64,000 nt of DNA from Chlamydiales bacterium (GCA_035480535.1 DATIHQ010000072.1:3417-67416); one strand, 5' to 3'. Counted from the stretch's first letter, positions 41,045 through 50,322 are shown. The notes: generated from the letters alone by a model not told the origin. Translations and numbers: made by a program.

Positions 41045-42963
41045 TTGTCAATCTTCATAAATATCTAATCTATGGTGGGTTTGATGAGATGGATCGATTC
41101 TTCAATCTGGCCCAGCGGGCTGGATTTCTCGAGTTCATTGGCATGTCCCATAGAAAAACGCTTGAATTGCCAGAAGGGGCCAAAAAGATCCTCTCTGCAA
41201 TGAAGATTGCCCGCCATCACGAGGCAGGTTCTTTAGAGACGTATGCTTCTTTACCCGAGCCAACGCAGCTCGCGGAGCAAATCATCGACTTAAATGCAGA
41301 GCATGAAAAACTTTTGGAAGAGCAGCGAATCTTAAATGCCGAAGTCGCCCGCATCGCCGTCTTTGGCGATTTCTCCCGCGCCCAGCTCGATCAATTAGAG
41401 CGGGAAGGGAAAAGGATCTTTCAATTTTTCTGCATGAAGAGCGATTTGGCCAGAGAGATGAGATTGCCCCCCGAGGTCATCTATGTAGGGACTGAGTATG
41501 ATCTCGATTATTTTGTCGCGATCAATAAGGAGAGGACCCAATATCCCAAAATGATTGAGATTCTGATCGATAGATCGGTGGGAGAACTGCGGGATCGGCT
41601 TGAATTTGTCCGCGAGGAGATTGTCCGCCTTGAAAAAGAGCTTCACAATTCTGCCAGAACTCTTCCCTACTTGCAAAATGGTCTCAATGATTTTTTAAAT
41701 GAATACACGCTTCAATTGGCTAAACATGATGCGGCAAGGCCCCTAGATGGGTCGATTTTTGCGATCGAAGCTTGGATTCCAGAAACCAAAATCAAAGCTC
41801 TCTTTGGCCTTTTAAGCGGCCTCGATGTCAACTGCGAAGAAATCGCGATTGAGACGAAAGATTCTCTTCCCACCTACATAGAAAATAAAGGGACTGCAAA
41901 GATTGGCGAGGATCTCGTTCACGTATTCGACACGCCTGCCGCGACCGATAAAGATCCATCCCTTTGGATTTTAATCTTCTTTTCCTTCTTCTTTGCTATG
42001 ATTGTCTCAGATGCTGGGTATGGCCTTATCTATCTTCTCATCGCCCTTGTTCTCAAATGGAAATTCCCTAAAGCCTCTGGTTTTGGCAAAAGATTCATCA
42101 AACTGATGTTCATCATCAGTACCTGTTGCATTCTTTGGGGCATTTTAACGGCCTCTTTCTTCGGAATAGAAATAGGCCCCGACAATCCTTTCCGTAAAAC
42201 GTCCTTTCTCCACTATTTAGCAGTGAAGAAAGCAGAGTATCATATCGAAATGAAAGATGAAGTCTATCGGGAGTATGTTCAAGAATTTCCCGCAGTGGCC
42301 ACTGCACAGGATGGACACGACTTCCTCGTCAAGGCTTCTCGTGTCGAGGAGGGGACCCTCAAATACGACGCTCTCACCGAGTTTTATGGGAGCATCCTCC
42401 TTGAATTTTCTCTCTTCGTCGGCCTCGTCCACGTATCGCTCTCTTTCCTTCGCTACATTAAACGGAATCCGGCGGGCATTGGATGGATCATTTTCATGGT
42501 GGGCGCCTACCTCTATTTCCCCTCGATTGTCGTCGCTACCTCGATTGTCAATTTCATGGGATGGATTTCCAAGCCTTTGGCCTACGCGATTGGCCAGCAG
42601 ATGGTTTATGTGGGACTTGGCCTCGTCTTCCTCATCGCTTTACTCCAGAAGAAAAAATGGATGGCCCTCTATGAGATGACCAATGCCATCCAGGTCTTTT
42701 CCGACGTCCTTTCCTATCTTCGCCTCTATGCCCTGGCTCTTGCGGGGATGATTATGGCGAGCACCTTCAATGACATGGGGGTTAAGTTGGGACTCGTCGG
42801 GGGATTTGTGGTGATCCTCATTGGACACATTGTGAATATGACACTGACGACCATGGCGGGGGTGATCCATGGCCTTCGCCTCAACTTCTTGGAATGGTAC
42901 CATTATAGTTTCGAGGGGGGCGGCCGCCTCTTTAACCCCCTCCGCTTACGCAAGATTAAATAA
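41041..42963 (+). CDS. atpI: V-type ATP synthase subunit I
   Basis: 640 aa with a cytoplasmic N-half and a polytopic C-half, including SYLRLYALALAG and GLRLNFLEWYHYSFEGGG motifs. Confidence 0.95.
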   Translation: MIVNLHKYLIYGGFDEMDRFFNLAQRAGFLEFIGMSHRKTLELPEGAKKILSAMKIARHHEAGSLETYASLPEPTQLAEQIIDLNAEHEKLLEEQRILNAEVARIAVFGDFSRAQLDQLEREGKRIFQFFCMKSDLAREMRLPPEVIYVGTEYDLDYFVAINKERTQYPKMIEILIDRSVGELRDRLEFVREEIVRLEKELHNSARTLPYLQNGLNDFLNEYTLQLAKHDAARPLDGSIFAIEAWIPETKIKALFGLLSGLDVNCEEIAIETKDSLPTYIENKGTAKIGEDLVHVFDTPAATDKDPSLWILIFFSFFFAMIVSDAGYGLIYLLIALVLKWKFPKASGFGKRFIKLMFIISTCCILWGILTASFFGIEIGPDNPFRKTSFLHYLAVKKAEYHIEMKDEVYREYVQEFPAVATAQDGHDFLVKASRVEEGTLKYDALTEFYGSILLEFSLFVGLVHVSLSFLRYIKRNPAGIGWIIFMVGAYLYFPSIVVATSIVNFMGWISKPLAYAIGQQMVYVGLGLVFLIALLQKKKWMALYEMTNAIQVFSDVLSYLRLYALALAGMIMASTFNDMGVKLGLVGGFVVILIGHIVNMTLTTMAGVIHGLRLNFLEWYHYSFEGGGRLFNPLRLRKIK

Positions 42964-42977
42964 TAGGAGATTTCTCT

Positions 42978-43400
42978 ATGGACATTGATATGATTGGCCC
43001 GGCAGTAGTGATGGGTCTTGGATGTATTGGCAGCTCGATAGGCTGCGGGATCGCGGGGATGGCCTCTCACGGCGTCATGACTCGCGTTGACGAAGGACAT
43101 GGAAAATTCATCGCCCTCTCAGCCATTCCCTCTTCTCAGTCGATTTACGGATTCATTCTCATGATTCTGATGAAAGGGGCGATTAAAGGGGGCAGTCTCA
43201 CAGGCATTGCCGGGATTGGCATTGGCCTCTTCGTGGGTCTCGCGATCATGGTCTCTGCGATTCTGCAAGGGAAGTGCGCCGTCACCGCCATCCAAGCAGC
43301 CGCCAAGCAGCCCGCGATTTATGGGAAGACGATCGTCGCGCTCGGCATTGTGGAATCATTCGCGCTCTTCGCCTTCGTCTTCGCCCTCCTGTTAATTTGA
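42978..43400 (+). CDS. atpK: V-type ATP synthase subunit K (proteolipid)
   Basis: 140 aa with four hydrophobic helices rich in Gly/Ala and a conserved carboxylate in IVESFALFAFV. Confidence 0.9.
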   Translation: MDIDMIGPAVVMGLGCIGSSIGCGIAGMASHGVMTRVDEGHGKFIALSAIPSSQSIYGFILMILMKGAIKGGSLTGIAGIGIGLFVGLAIMVSAILQGKCAVTAIQAAAKQPAIYGKTIVALGIVESFALFAFVFALLLI

Positions 43401-43428
43401 GGAGGGAGTATCAGGCTTATGAACGGAA

Positions 43429-43633
43429 ACGTAATACGAATATCAGCGCGGAGGCGCGAGACGCGCGAAGGGAGATAGCCGCGGAGGACGCAGAGGTGAG
43501 GGAAGCCCTCACGCTCCCAATAATTTAAATGCTTCGCAAAAAAATTGAATTTTTTGGGGTGTGGGGCATCCCCACCTCAGCGTTCTCCGCGCTTAACTCA
43601 GTTCTTTCCTCCGCGCTGATATTCGTATTACGT
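43429..43633. repeat. 205-bp composite palindrome, type 2 (copy C; MITE/REP-like) downstream of atpK
   Basis: The terminal inverted repeats are 26 bp and perfect: ACGTAATACGAATATCAGCGCGGAGG (43429-43454) and its exact reverse complement (43608-43633). Internal mini-hairpins are GCGCG-AGA-CGCGC (43454-43466), GTGAGGG-AAG-CCCTCAC (43496-43512) and GTGGGG-CAT-CCCCAC (43561-43575). The centre is AT-rich. Confidence 0.9.
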
Positions 43634-43681
43634 CTTGGGTCATGGGACTGAGGGCTTTTCTCCCCCACCTCAGGACCTCCC

Positions 43682-44143
43682 TTACACGGGGGAGGGGTGG
43701 CGGGCGTCGAGGTAGGAGCAAAGGGTCGCCAGCCGGAGGAGTAGGTCTTGCTCGTCGGCGTCTAAGGGGTCGTCTTTGCTGAGGATGGTGTCGAGCTGCT
43801 CAAGGTCATTTTCAATGAGAAGCGCCGTTTGCAGCGTGGGGAGCATTTCTGTCATGAGCCCCATTTTCTCGGTGAGCTGATCGGTGAGCGCGATGACTTG
43901 TTCTTTCTCTTCCATGGTTTGAATTTGGAGAGCGAGGGTCTGGATTTCCCGGTTGAGTTCGTCAGCCGCTAGGACAAATGGGGAGAGTTCTTCTGTGAGA
44001 AAGGCTAATCTGCCATCGGCAGATTCTAGGTGGTGGCTGCGGACGACTTGAACGGCTTCCTCGAGGATGGGGGCTTGAGGGATGGGCGCGGTTGCTAGTA
44101 AATAAAAACTTGAAACTAGTGTAGGTAAAAACATAATTATCAT
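43682..44143 (-). CDS. Hypothetical secreted acidic coiled-coil protein
   Basis: 153-aa ORF with a signal-like N-terminus (MIIMFLPTLVSSFYLLATAP) and an E/L/Q-rich helical remainder. No domain recognised. Confidence 0.45.
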   Translation of the reverse strand: MIIMFLPTLVSSFYLLATAPIPQAPILEEAVQVVRSHHLESADGRLAFLTEELSPFVLAADELNREIQTLALQIQTMEEKEQVIALTDQLTEKMGLMTEMLPTLQTALLIENDLEQLDTILSKDDPLDADEQDLLLRLATLCSYLDARHPSPV

Positions 44144-44195
44144 TCCTCGTTAAATAAGACTATTTTCTTCCTTCTCTGAATTTTTGTCTTTGATT

Positions 44196-46232
44196 ATGGT
44201 GAAAAAAAGGTGTTGGATGATCTCTCGCTGGTTTGGAAAGAGGAAACTGCGCACAGAAATTCTAGTTCTGTTTCTCTTTTTATTGACTGTTTCTTCTGTT
44301 GTGATCATCTCCTTTGTCTACACGAGAAATCTGCAAGATATTCGGAGGTACTCTCAGGAGACCATCAATCGGATCAGCGCATTGATTATCGAGAGGATGT
44401 CTTGCATGCTGGAAAGCATGGAGCGGCTGCCGCAGATTGGCGTAGGGATGTTCCTGCGCCATCCAGAGGTTGCGAGTGAAAATCAGCCGTTGATCTCGTT
44501 TTTTCTCGATGAAGTGAAATATCACCCCAATTTGTATGCCTATTATGTGGGGACTCCCGATGGGAGCGCATTGATCGTTTTCAATTTGTCCATCACAGAT
44601 AAGCCATTTTATTTCGGTCCATCGCAGCGAACGCCAAAGGGCACTGTCTATGCAATGATGCTTGTGGAGCGCTCGCAAGGAAAGGATAAAGAAGTTTGGA
44701 CTTACCTCGACACAGATTTGAAAACGATTTCGGCGGAGGAAATCCCGTCGCGCGGATATGATCCTCGCGCTCGTCCCTGGTATGTGGGAGCGGTGAAGGA
44801 AAAGAAGCTGTTTTGGACCGATGTGTTCACTTACGATCCCACAGGAGATCCGGGAATTGCCGTGGCCAAGCCCATCTATGATGAAGCAGGTCAGTTGAAG
44901 GCTGTCATTGCCGCCGATCTCTCTTTGAATATTTTTTCCCAATTTTTGAATAGTCAAACGATCGGAAAAAAAGGAAAAGCCTTTGTATTGAGCGAATCGG
45001 GACAAATCTTGATTCCTGTCAACGAACAAAATCCGATTGTCTCTGCTGCGTATGCCCAGTTTGCAAAAGATCAGCAAAATGATTTTCTCCTTGAGATCGA
45101 TGGGGAAAAATATCTCTCTTCCATCCACCATTTCCCCGCCTCTTTCGCAAAGAATTGGCTCATCTTGATTGTAGATCCTCTCTCTGATTATTTTTCCGAA
45201 GCCTTTAATACTCAAAGACAAATGGTTTTAATTTGCTTAGGAATTCTTCTGGTTGCGGCTGTTTTGGTGATCTTTTTTGCGAGACATATTTCTCGGCCGA
45301 TTGTGATTCTATCTCGAGAGGTGAATCAGATCACCCACCTGCAGCTGGAAAAAGAAGTGCGGGTAGATTCTGAGATCGAAGAGATCAGCCTCATGGATTC
45401 TTCCATTGCAGCTCTGCGGGTGGCGATCCGTTCGTTTAATAAATATGTTCCTAGGGAAATTGTGCAAGAGCTCATTGAGAAAAAACAAGAGATCGTTCTC
45501 GGTGGAGAAAAAAAGGAAATCGCCATCCTTTTTGCCGATATTGTCGATTTCACTCCTGTTGCCGATGAATATCCCATTGAGATGGTGACCGCTCTTTTAG
45601 CTGAGTTTTTTGATGTTCTCTCCAAAGTGATCTTAAAACATGGGGGGACGATTGATAAATACATTGGCGATTGCATCATGGCTTTTTGGGGGGCGCCTCA
45701 TACTGTAGAGAATGGGGAGAGACAAGCCTGTATTGCAGCTCTTGAATGCCAAGAGGAGCTGGCCAAGCTCAATCAAAGAAGAAAAGAGAGGAATCGGCCT
45801 GAATTCCATTGCCGGATTGGGGTCAATACAGGAAAAGCGATCGTTGGGAATTTTGGAACGCAGGAGAGGATGAATTATACGGCGATCGGCGACTCTGTCA
45901 ATACAGCCCATCGGATTGAGCAAATCAATAAAACCTATCATACAGCCATTCTCATTGGGGAAGAGGTTTACCTCAAAATCAAAGATCAATTTCTGGTGCG
46001 CCCCATCGACGACGTCGAACTCAAGGGAAAAAAGAATAAACTCAAAGTCTTTGAACTCATGGCTTTAAAAGAGAAGGCAACGCCTCAGCAAAGAGAACTT
46101 GCCTCCCTTTTTACAGAGGCCTTTGAGGCTTATCATCAGGGCGTGAACAGCCAAGCCCAATTCCAAGCGATCTTAGAAAAGTATCCCAATGATTTCCCTA
46201 CGCAATACTATCTAAACCGCTTGAACCCATAA
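44196..46232 (+). CDS. Membrane sensor class III adenylate/guanylate cyclase (Cache-like periplasmic domain - TM - HAMP-like linker - cyclase)
   Basis: Cyclase motifs AILFADIVDFTPVAD, GGTIDKYIGDCIMAFWGAP, RIGVNTGKAIVGNFG and YTAIGDSVNTAHRIE. The periplasmic region has RPWY and WTDVFTYDPTGDPGIAVAKPIY, typical of dCache. The start is uncertain (TTG 44184, ATG 44196 or ATG 44217). Confidence 0.85.
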   Translation: MVKKRCWMISRWFGKRKLRTEILVLFLFLLTVSSVVIISFVYTRNLQDIRRYSQETINRISALIIERMSCMLESMERLPQIGVGMFLRHPEVASENQPLISFFLDEVKYHPNLYAYYVGTPDGSALIVFNLSITDKPFYFGPSQRTPKGTVYAMMLVERSQGKDKEVWTYLDTDLKTISAEEIPSRGYDPRARPWYVGAVKEKKLFWTDVFTYDPTGDPGIAVAKPIYDEAGQLKAVIAADLSLNIFSQFLNSQTIGKKGKAFVLSESGQILIPVNEQNPIVSAAYAQFAKDQQNDFLLEIDGEKYLSSIHHFPASFAKNWLILIVDPLSDYFSEAFNTQRQMVLICLGILLVAAVLVIFFARHISRPIVILSREVNQITHLQLEKEVRVDSEIEEISLMDSSIAALRVAIRSFNKYVPREIVQELIEKKQEIVLGGEKKEIAILFADIVDFTPVADEYPIEMVTALLAEFFDVLSKVILKHGGTIDKYIGDCIMAFWGAPHTVENGERQACIAALECQEELAKLNQRRKERNRPEFHCRIGVNTGKAIVGNFGTQERMNYTAIGDSVNTAHRIEQINKTYHTAILIGEEVYLKIKDQFLVRPIDDVELKGKKNKLKVFELMALKEKATPQQRELASLFTEAFEAYHQGVNSQAQFQAILEKYPNDFPTQYYLNRLNP

Positions 46233-46882
46233 CTGCGATCTCCCGCATCTCCAAGACCTGGGACAATGTAGCCTTTATGGTTGAGAAGAGGGTCGATGGC
46301 CGCAGAGAAAATTTGCACGTCTGAGCTATATTCCAATATCCGCTCAATTCCAGATTCAGCTGAAATTCCCGCCAAGAGAATGATTTTTCTTGGCTTTCCT
46401 TTTTGAATCGTTTTAATCGCATCGAGCATAGAGCCGCCCGTTGCAATCATCGTATCGATAATGATGACCGTACGATCTTGGACGTCGGGGATTGCAACGT
46501 AATCGGTCTTTGGCTGCAGCGTCTCTTCATTCCGGGCAATCCCGATGAATCCCACATCGGCGTAGGGGAAAATCTTTTGAGCGCCTAGGCAAAGAGGCAA
46601 GCCGCCTCTGAGAAGAGCGACGAGTACAGGATCTTCAACGCAGATGGAATGGGTGGCCACCCCGCCTGTTAGAGTGGTTAACTCTACTTCCTTCGATTTC
46701 AGATGCTCGTAGACATCCATCGCTAGATATTCCCCGATTTTTTCGACGCAGGTCCGAAAGTCTTTAGACATTGTTTGAGGATTCCTGATTTCATAGACCA
46801 ATTGGTTCAGAGCGAATTTGATATCGGCAGAAGCAGTGGAAAGGCTGGACAGGGCAATGCAGCACGCGGTCATTTTCTTCAT
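46208..46882 (-). CDS. upp: Uracil phosphoribosyltransferase
   Basis: VIIIDTMIATGGSMLDAI PRPP-binding loop and the C-terminal YIVPGLGDAGDRSYG. Confidence 0.9.
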   Translation of the reverse strand: MKKMTACCIALSSLSTASADIKFALNQLVYEIRNPQTMSKDFRTCVEKIGEYLAMDVYEHLKSKEVELTTLTGGVATHSICVEDPVLVALLRGGLPLCLGAQKIFPYADVGFIGIARNEETLQPKTDYVAIPDVQDRTVIIIDTMIATGGSMLDAIKTIQKGKPRKIILLAGISAESGIERILEYSSDVQIFSAAIDPLLNHKGYIVPGLGDAGDRSYGFKRFR

Positions 46883-46973
46883 AAGTTAGTCTCCGTTAAA
46901 AAAGAGTGGACACTGTAAAGAAAATTGACCATTTTCTGCAACTGTCGCATCATCTATGGGAAAGGAGCGATCC

Positions 46974-47753
46974 ATGTCATTGCAAGAGAAGGTGGAGAGT
47001 CGGTGGCGAGCTTTCCAAAAAGGGAGGCAGTTCAAAGGATTTGAAGCGGGGAAATCAGATGCGGCCCTAGAGGATGAATTTGAGAATATCGAGAAGACGC
47101 GCCGTTTTATTTGGACAACAGCTGGATATGAGATTGCGGAACATCTGATCTTGAATGATCTTGTTCGAGCCGCTGGGACGGAGGCTTTTGCCTATAACAA
47201 TACGGTTCCCTACTACAATGCGAGCACGATCTATTTGGGAGATAAGCCTTATATCGCCTGCGAAGGGCCGAGATCAAAGGATGTCCCCAATTTTTTCAAG
47301 CTTTTGACGACCCATCGGGTCACTCATCTCGTCCGCTTAACCGGTTCTTATGAAGGCGAGGAGAAAAAATGCCATCCCTATTGGGAGGGGTTGTTGTCTT
47401 CCGATGTTTTATCCATTCCTACAGGATCAGGCGTCTATCCGATCCACGCTTTTGCAATGGCCCATTGGAAAGATCGGCAAGGGGTGGATCCCGGCGAGCT
47501 TTTGGATCTCGTCATCCGAGTCAGGCGGGAATTATCTGCTGCCAACACTTTGCTTGCGGTGCACTGCAGCGCAGGCGTGGGGCGCACAGGCACCTTTCTC
47601 GCCGCTTTAGCGGTGGTAGAGGCGATCGAGCAAAAGACTCCTTTTAGCATTGAGGAAATCGTCTATCGCCTCTCTTTGCAGCGCATCCAGAGCGTTTCCA
47701 AGGAGAGCCAATACATCACTCTTCACAGATTGGCAGAACGCAGTTGTTCCTGA
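46974..47753 (+). CDS. Classical (class I, eukaryote-type) protein tyrosine phosphatase
   Basis: P-loop VHCSAGVGRTGTF. Also YIACEGP, KCHPYW, the WPD-like HWKDRQG and the Q-loop QRIQSV..SQY. AAGGAG (46962-46967) lies 6 nt before the ATG at 46974; an alternative ATG is at 46956. Confidence 0.9.
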   Translation: MSLQEKVESRWRAFQKGRQFKGFEAGKSDAALEDEFENIEKTRRFIWTTAGYEIAEHLILNDLVRAAGTEAFAYNNTVPYYNASTIYLGDKPYIACEGPRSKDVPNFFKLLTTHRVTHLVRLTGSYEGEEKKCHPYWEGLLSSDVLSIPTGSGVYPIHAFAMAHWKDRQGVDPGELLDLVIRVRRELSAANTLLAVHCSAGVGRTGTFLAALAVVEAIEQKTPFSIEEIVYRLSLQRIQSVSKESQYITLHRLAERSCS

Positions 47754-48949
47754 AGTTTTGGTTTGAATTTTTCACAGCTCGAGCGGAGGGCCTCATGGGA
47801 GAGAATGCGCCGTTGATTGTGAATTTGCTGCAGACCGCAAATGGAGATATTCAGCCGGTTGGGGAACAGGAGAAAATGGATATTCGTATGGGGCACTGTT
47901 TGGCCGACTAGGGGGCCATCCTGAATGTAACAGACCCAATGGTTTGAACCCATCGTTTCTGCAAAGAGCTTTTTAAAAGCAATGATTGCTTGGAAAGAGG
48001 CAATCGCCTCTTCGCGGGTGAGATCGAAGGTGCATTGATGTCTCTTGGGGATGATCAGGAAATCTCCATCGATAGTGATCGGCTTGTGATTCAGGAGAAC
48101 ATAGACATCTTTCCATTCGCAGATCAATTGGTTTTCAATCACTTTTGGATTGCACAGGGCGCATTTGTCATGGTTGATCAAGACCTCATGGATGGCTCCC
48201 GTTTGTTGCTCGGGGAGGGGGGGCACTTCTCCTTTAACGAGGATGCCATATTGGATCAGCAAATCATGGATAGATTGGATATTTTCATGGAGCGCTTCGG
48301 TGTGGCGGAGGAATTTTTGCGTCCAAAGGCCTTGGGGGTTTTCGGGGGGGACCACAGGTTGAAGAGTGGGGAGTATTTCCCGAATTGCCTCGAGTGTTTC
48401 GGGAGAATGAGAAACCTCCCGAAGACATAGACGATTGTAGAACACATAATCATTCAAAGTGTTCTTTTCGACGGCATCCATGACTTGTTCACCGCCGCCA
48501 AAACCGTAGGGGATGATTTCAAATCCCACGGAGGAGCCTCTTTGCCCAGCTCTTGGCTGTTCAGCGGTGAAGATCATAAAGTGAGCTGCGCCGGTTGTCT
48601 CTGCAATCGCTTTTCGCCCCATCCAAATCGCATCGTAAAGCTCTGCCAGTTCATCCGTTGTGCATTCATCGAGCGTTTTTCGCCCCTCGACGGCGACCCA
48701 AAGATGGTAGGGGTTAAAAGAGATGGCTGCCAGGGAAATAGAGACCCGTTTTCCTGTCCAAAGAATGAGTTCTTTCCGCTTTTCGAACTCTACATCAATC
48801 CCTTCTTTTTCCAAAGCTCGGGTCAATCCGTCAACATCCACACCAGGGGGGAGTCTTTGTTCCAAAAGAGTTCGATTGAATACCCAGGTAAAGTCATTCG
48901 CAAAAGCTGCAAGTCCTAAGAGAAGAATAGCGGCAACCCATCGTTTCAT
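47723..48949 (-). CDS. Secreted tandem HIT-like protein (N-terminal degenerate HIT-like half + C-terminal HIT-like half with an H-x-N-x-H triad variant)
   Basis: Signal peptide MKRWVAAILLLGLAAFA. The C-half has CALCN...YVLLNHKPITIDGDFLIIPKRH...GQTVPHTNIHFLLFP. The N-half has NPYHLWVAVEG...GSSVGFEIIP in the equivalent positions without the histidines. Confidence 0.55.
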   Translation of the reverse strand: MKRWVAAILLLGLAAFANDFTWVFNRTLLEQRLPPGVDVDGLTRALEKEGIDVEFEKRKELILWTGKRVSISLAAISFNPYHLWVAVEGRKTLDECTTDELAELYDAIWMGRKAIAETTGAAHFMIFTAEQPRAGQRGSSVGFEIIPYGFGGGEQVMDAVEKNTLNDYVFYNRLCLREVSHSPETLEAIREILPTLQPVVPPENPQGLWTQKFLRHTEALHENIQSIHDLLIQYGILVKGEVPPLPEQQTGAIHEVLINHDKCALCNPKVIENQLICEWKDVYVLLNHKPITIDGDFLIIPKRHQCTFDLTREEAIASFQAIIAFKKLFAETMGSNHWVCYIQDGPLVGQTVPHTNIHFLLFPNRLNISICGLQQIHNQRRILSHEALRSSCEKFKPKLQEQLRSANL

Positions 48950-49020
48950 AGCAAAGTTCCTTCAAAAGCAGAGAATTCTACTCACTAGGATTTTAATTGA
49001 CAATCGAAGAAAATAAAGAA

Positions 49021-50322
49021 ATGAGAGTTCTCCTTTTCATTATTCTATTCGGATCTCTTTTGGCAGATGAACCGCTCCAGAAAGATTGGCATGGAGTGCG
49101 CCCGCTGGCTCGTCAGTCTGTTTCGAATGAGGAAGAGGGTCCCAGATTGTTGATGACGGGGGATTGGAACGGCGCGCGCGAGGCAGCTCGCGACTGGGGT
49201 CTGGATATCGCCGGGAGCTATTCGAATGATTTGCTCGGAAATCCGGTGGGGGGCAAGCATCATGGCTTTGCCAATGCCGGCTCCTTTGGTCTCTTTCTCA
49301 CCTTTGATCTTGAAAAGATCATGAAGGCGACGGGGACTACTTTCTTTGCCTCTTTTATCGTTCGGCATGGGAATAATCTCTCCGCGACAAAGATTGGAAA
49401 TCAGTTTGAAGTTGCGCAGCTCTATGGAACCGAAACCTATGTTTTAAACGAACTCTATTTGAAAAAGACAGCGTATGAAGGGAAGATCTCCGCTAAAGCG
49501 GGCCGGCTTGACCCGGGCAATGATTTTCTTGCGAGTCCACTCTACGCCTATTATGTAAACAACGCCTTCTTTGGCAACCCAGTTTCTATCTATTTCAACA
49601 CAGATTTTTCGACGCTCCCCAATGCGACGTGGGGGGCCTATCTCCAATTTCGACCGATTCCTTCTTTCAATATGCAATTCGCCTGCTACAACCAGAATAA
49701 GAACATCTTTAAGAACAAATATCATGGGGCGAATTTCACGTTCGACAGCAGGCTGGGAGTGATGTGGATTACAGAGTGGGCCTATCTGCTCAATCAAGGA
49801 AAAGAGGACACGGGTCTGCCGGGCAACTATCGAGTTGGCGGTTATTATGTGACAGGAAGGTTCGATGTATTTGAGGGAGGGACGCAAAGGGGGAATTTTG
49901 GCTATTATTTCTTAATCGATCAGATGGTTTATCGGCACAAAACCCAGCAACTCACTCCTTTCGGCGCCTTTCTTTTCGCTCCCAACAATCGGAATGAGTT
50001 TCCTTTTTTCTTTGCAGCGGGGCTTGTCTACAAAGGATTTATCCCCAGCCGCAAAGACGATGCGATTGCGATTGGCGCCGCTTATGGCCGCTACAGTTCC
50101 GACCTACGTCACCTGGAGCAGCAAGCGAAGCGGCAGGGATTCATGACTCCACATGGAAATCAGCCGCAGACAGCGGAAACCATACTGGAGTTAAACTATT
50201 GGATTCAGGCGACGCATTGGCTTACGATCACTCCTGATGTGCAATATGTCATCGATCCCAAAGGACTCGGCACGATCCAAGATGCGCTAGTCCTCGGCGT
50301 CGAAATCGAAATCCTGTTGTAA
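49021..50322 (+). CDS. OprB-family carbohydrate-selective porin
   Basis: Signal peptide MRVLLFIILFGSLLA. The C-terminal ELNYWIQATHWLTITPDVQYVIDPKG is typical of OprB. The aromatic-rich beta-strand periodicity fits a barrel. Confidence 0.75.
   Translation: MRVLLFIILFGSLLADEPLQKDWHGVRPLARQSVSNEEEGPRLLMTGDWNGAREAARDWGLDIAGSYSNDLLGNPVGGKHHGFANAGSFGLFLTFDLEKIMKATGTTFFASFIVRHGNNLSATKIGNQFEVAQLYGTETYVLNELYLKKTAYEGKISAKAGRLDPGNDFLASPLYAYYVNNAFFGNPVSIYFNTDFSTLPNATWGAYLQFRPIPSFNMQFACYNQNKNIFKNKYHGANFTFDSRLGVMWITEWAYLLNQGKEDTGLPGNYRVGGYYVTGRFDVFEGGTQRGNFGYYFLIDQMVYRHKTQQLTPFGAFLFAPNNRNEFPFFFAAGLVYKGFIPSRKDDAIAIGAAYGRYSSDLRHLEQQAKRQGFMTPHGNQPQTAETILELNYWIQATHWLTITPDVQYVIDPKGLGTIQDALVLGVEIEILL

Noticed and set aside
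43207-43528. ORFs 43207..43395 and 43274..43528 (62 and 84 aa, Arg/Ser-rich)
   Set aside because: They are alternative frames of atpK that continue into the composite palindrome. Their composition is not protein-like.
44280-45221. 313-aa ORF antisense to the sensor cyclase
   Set aside because: The plus-strand frame carries recognisable Cache and cyclase motifs. The antisense ORF has no motifs, no ribosome-binding site and an Arg/Ile-rich shadow composition.
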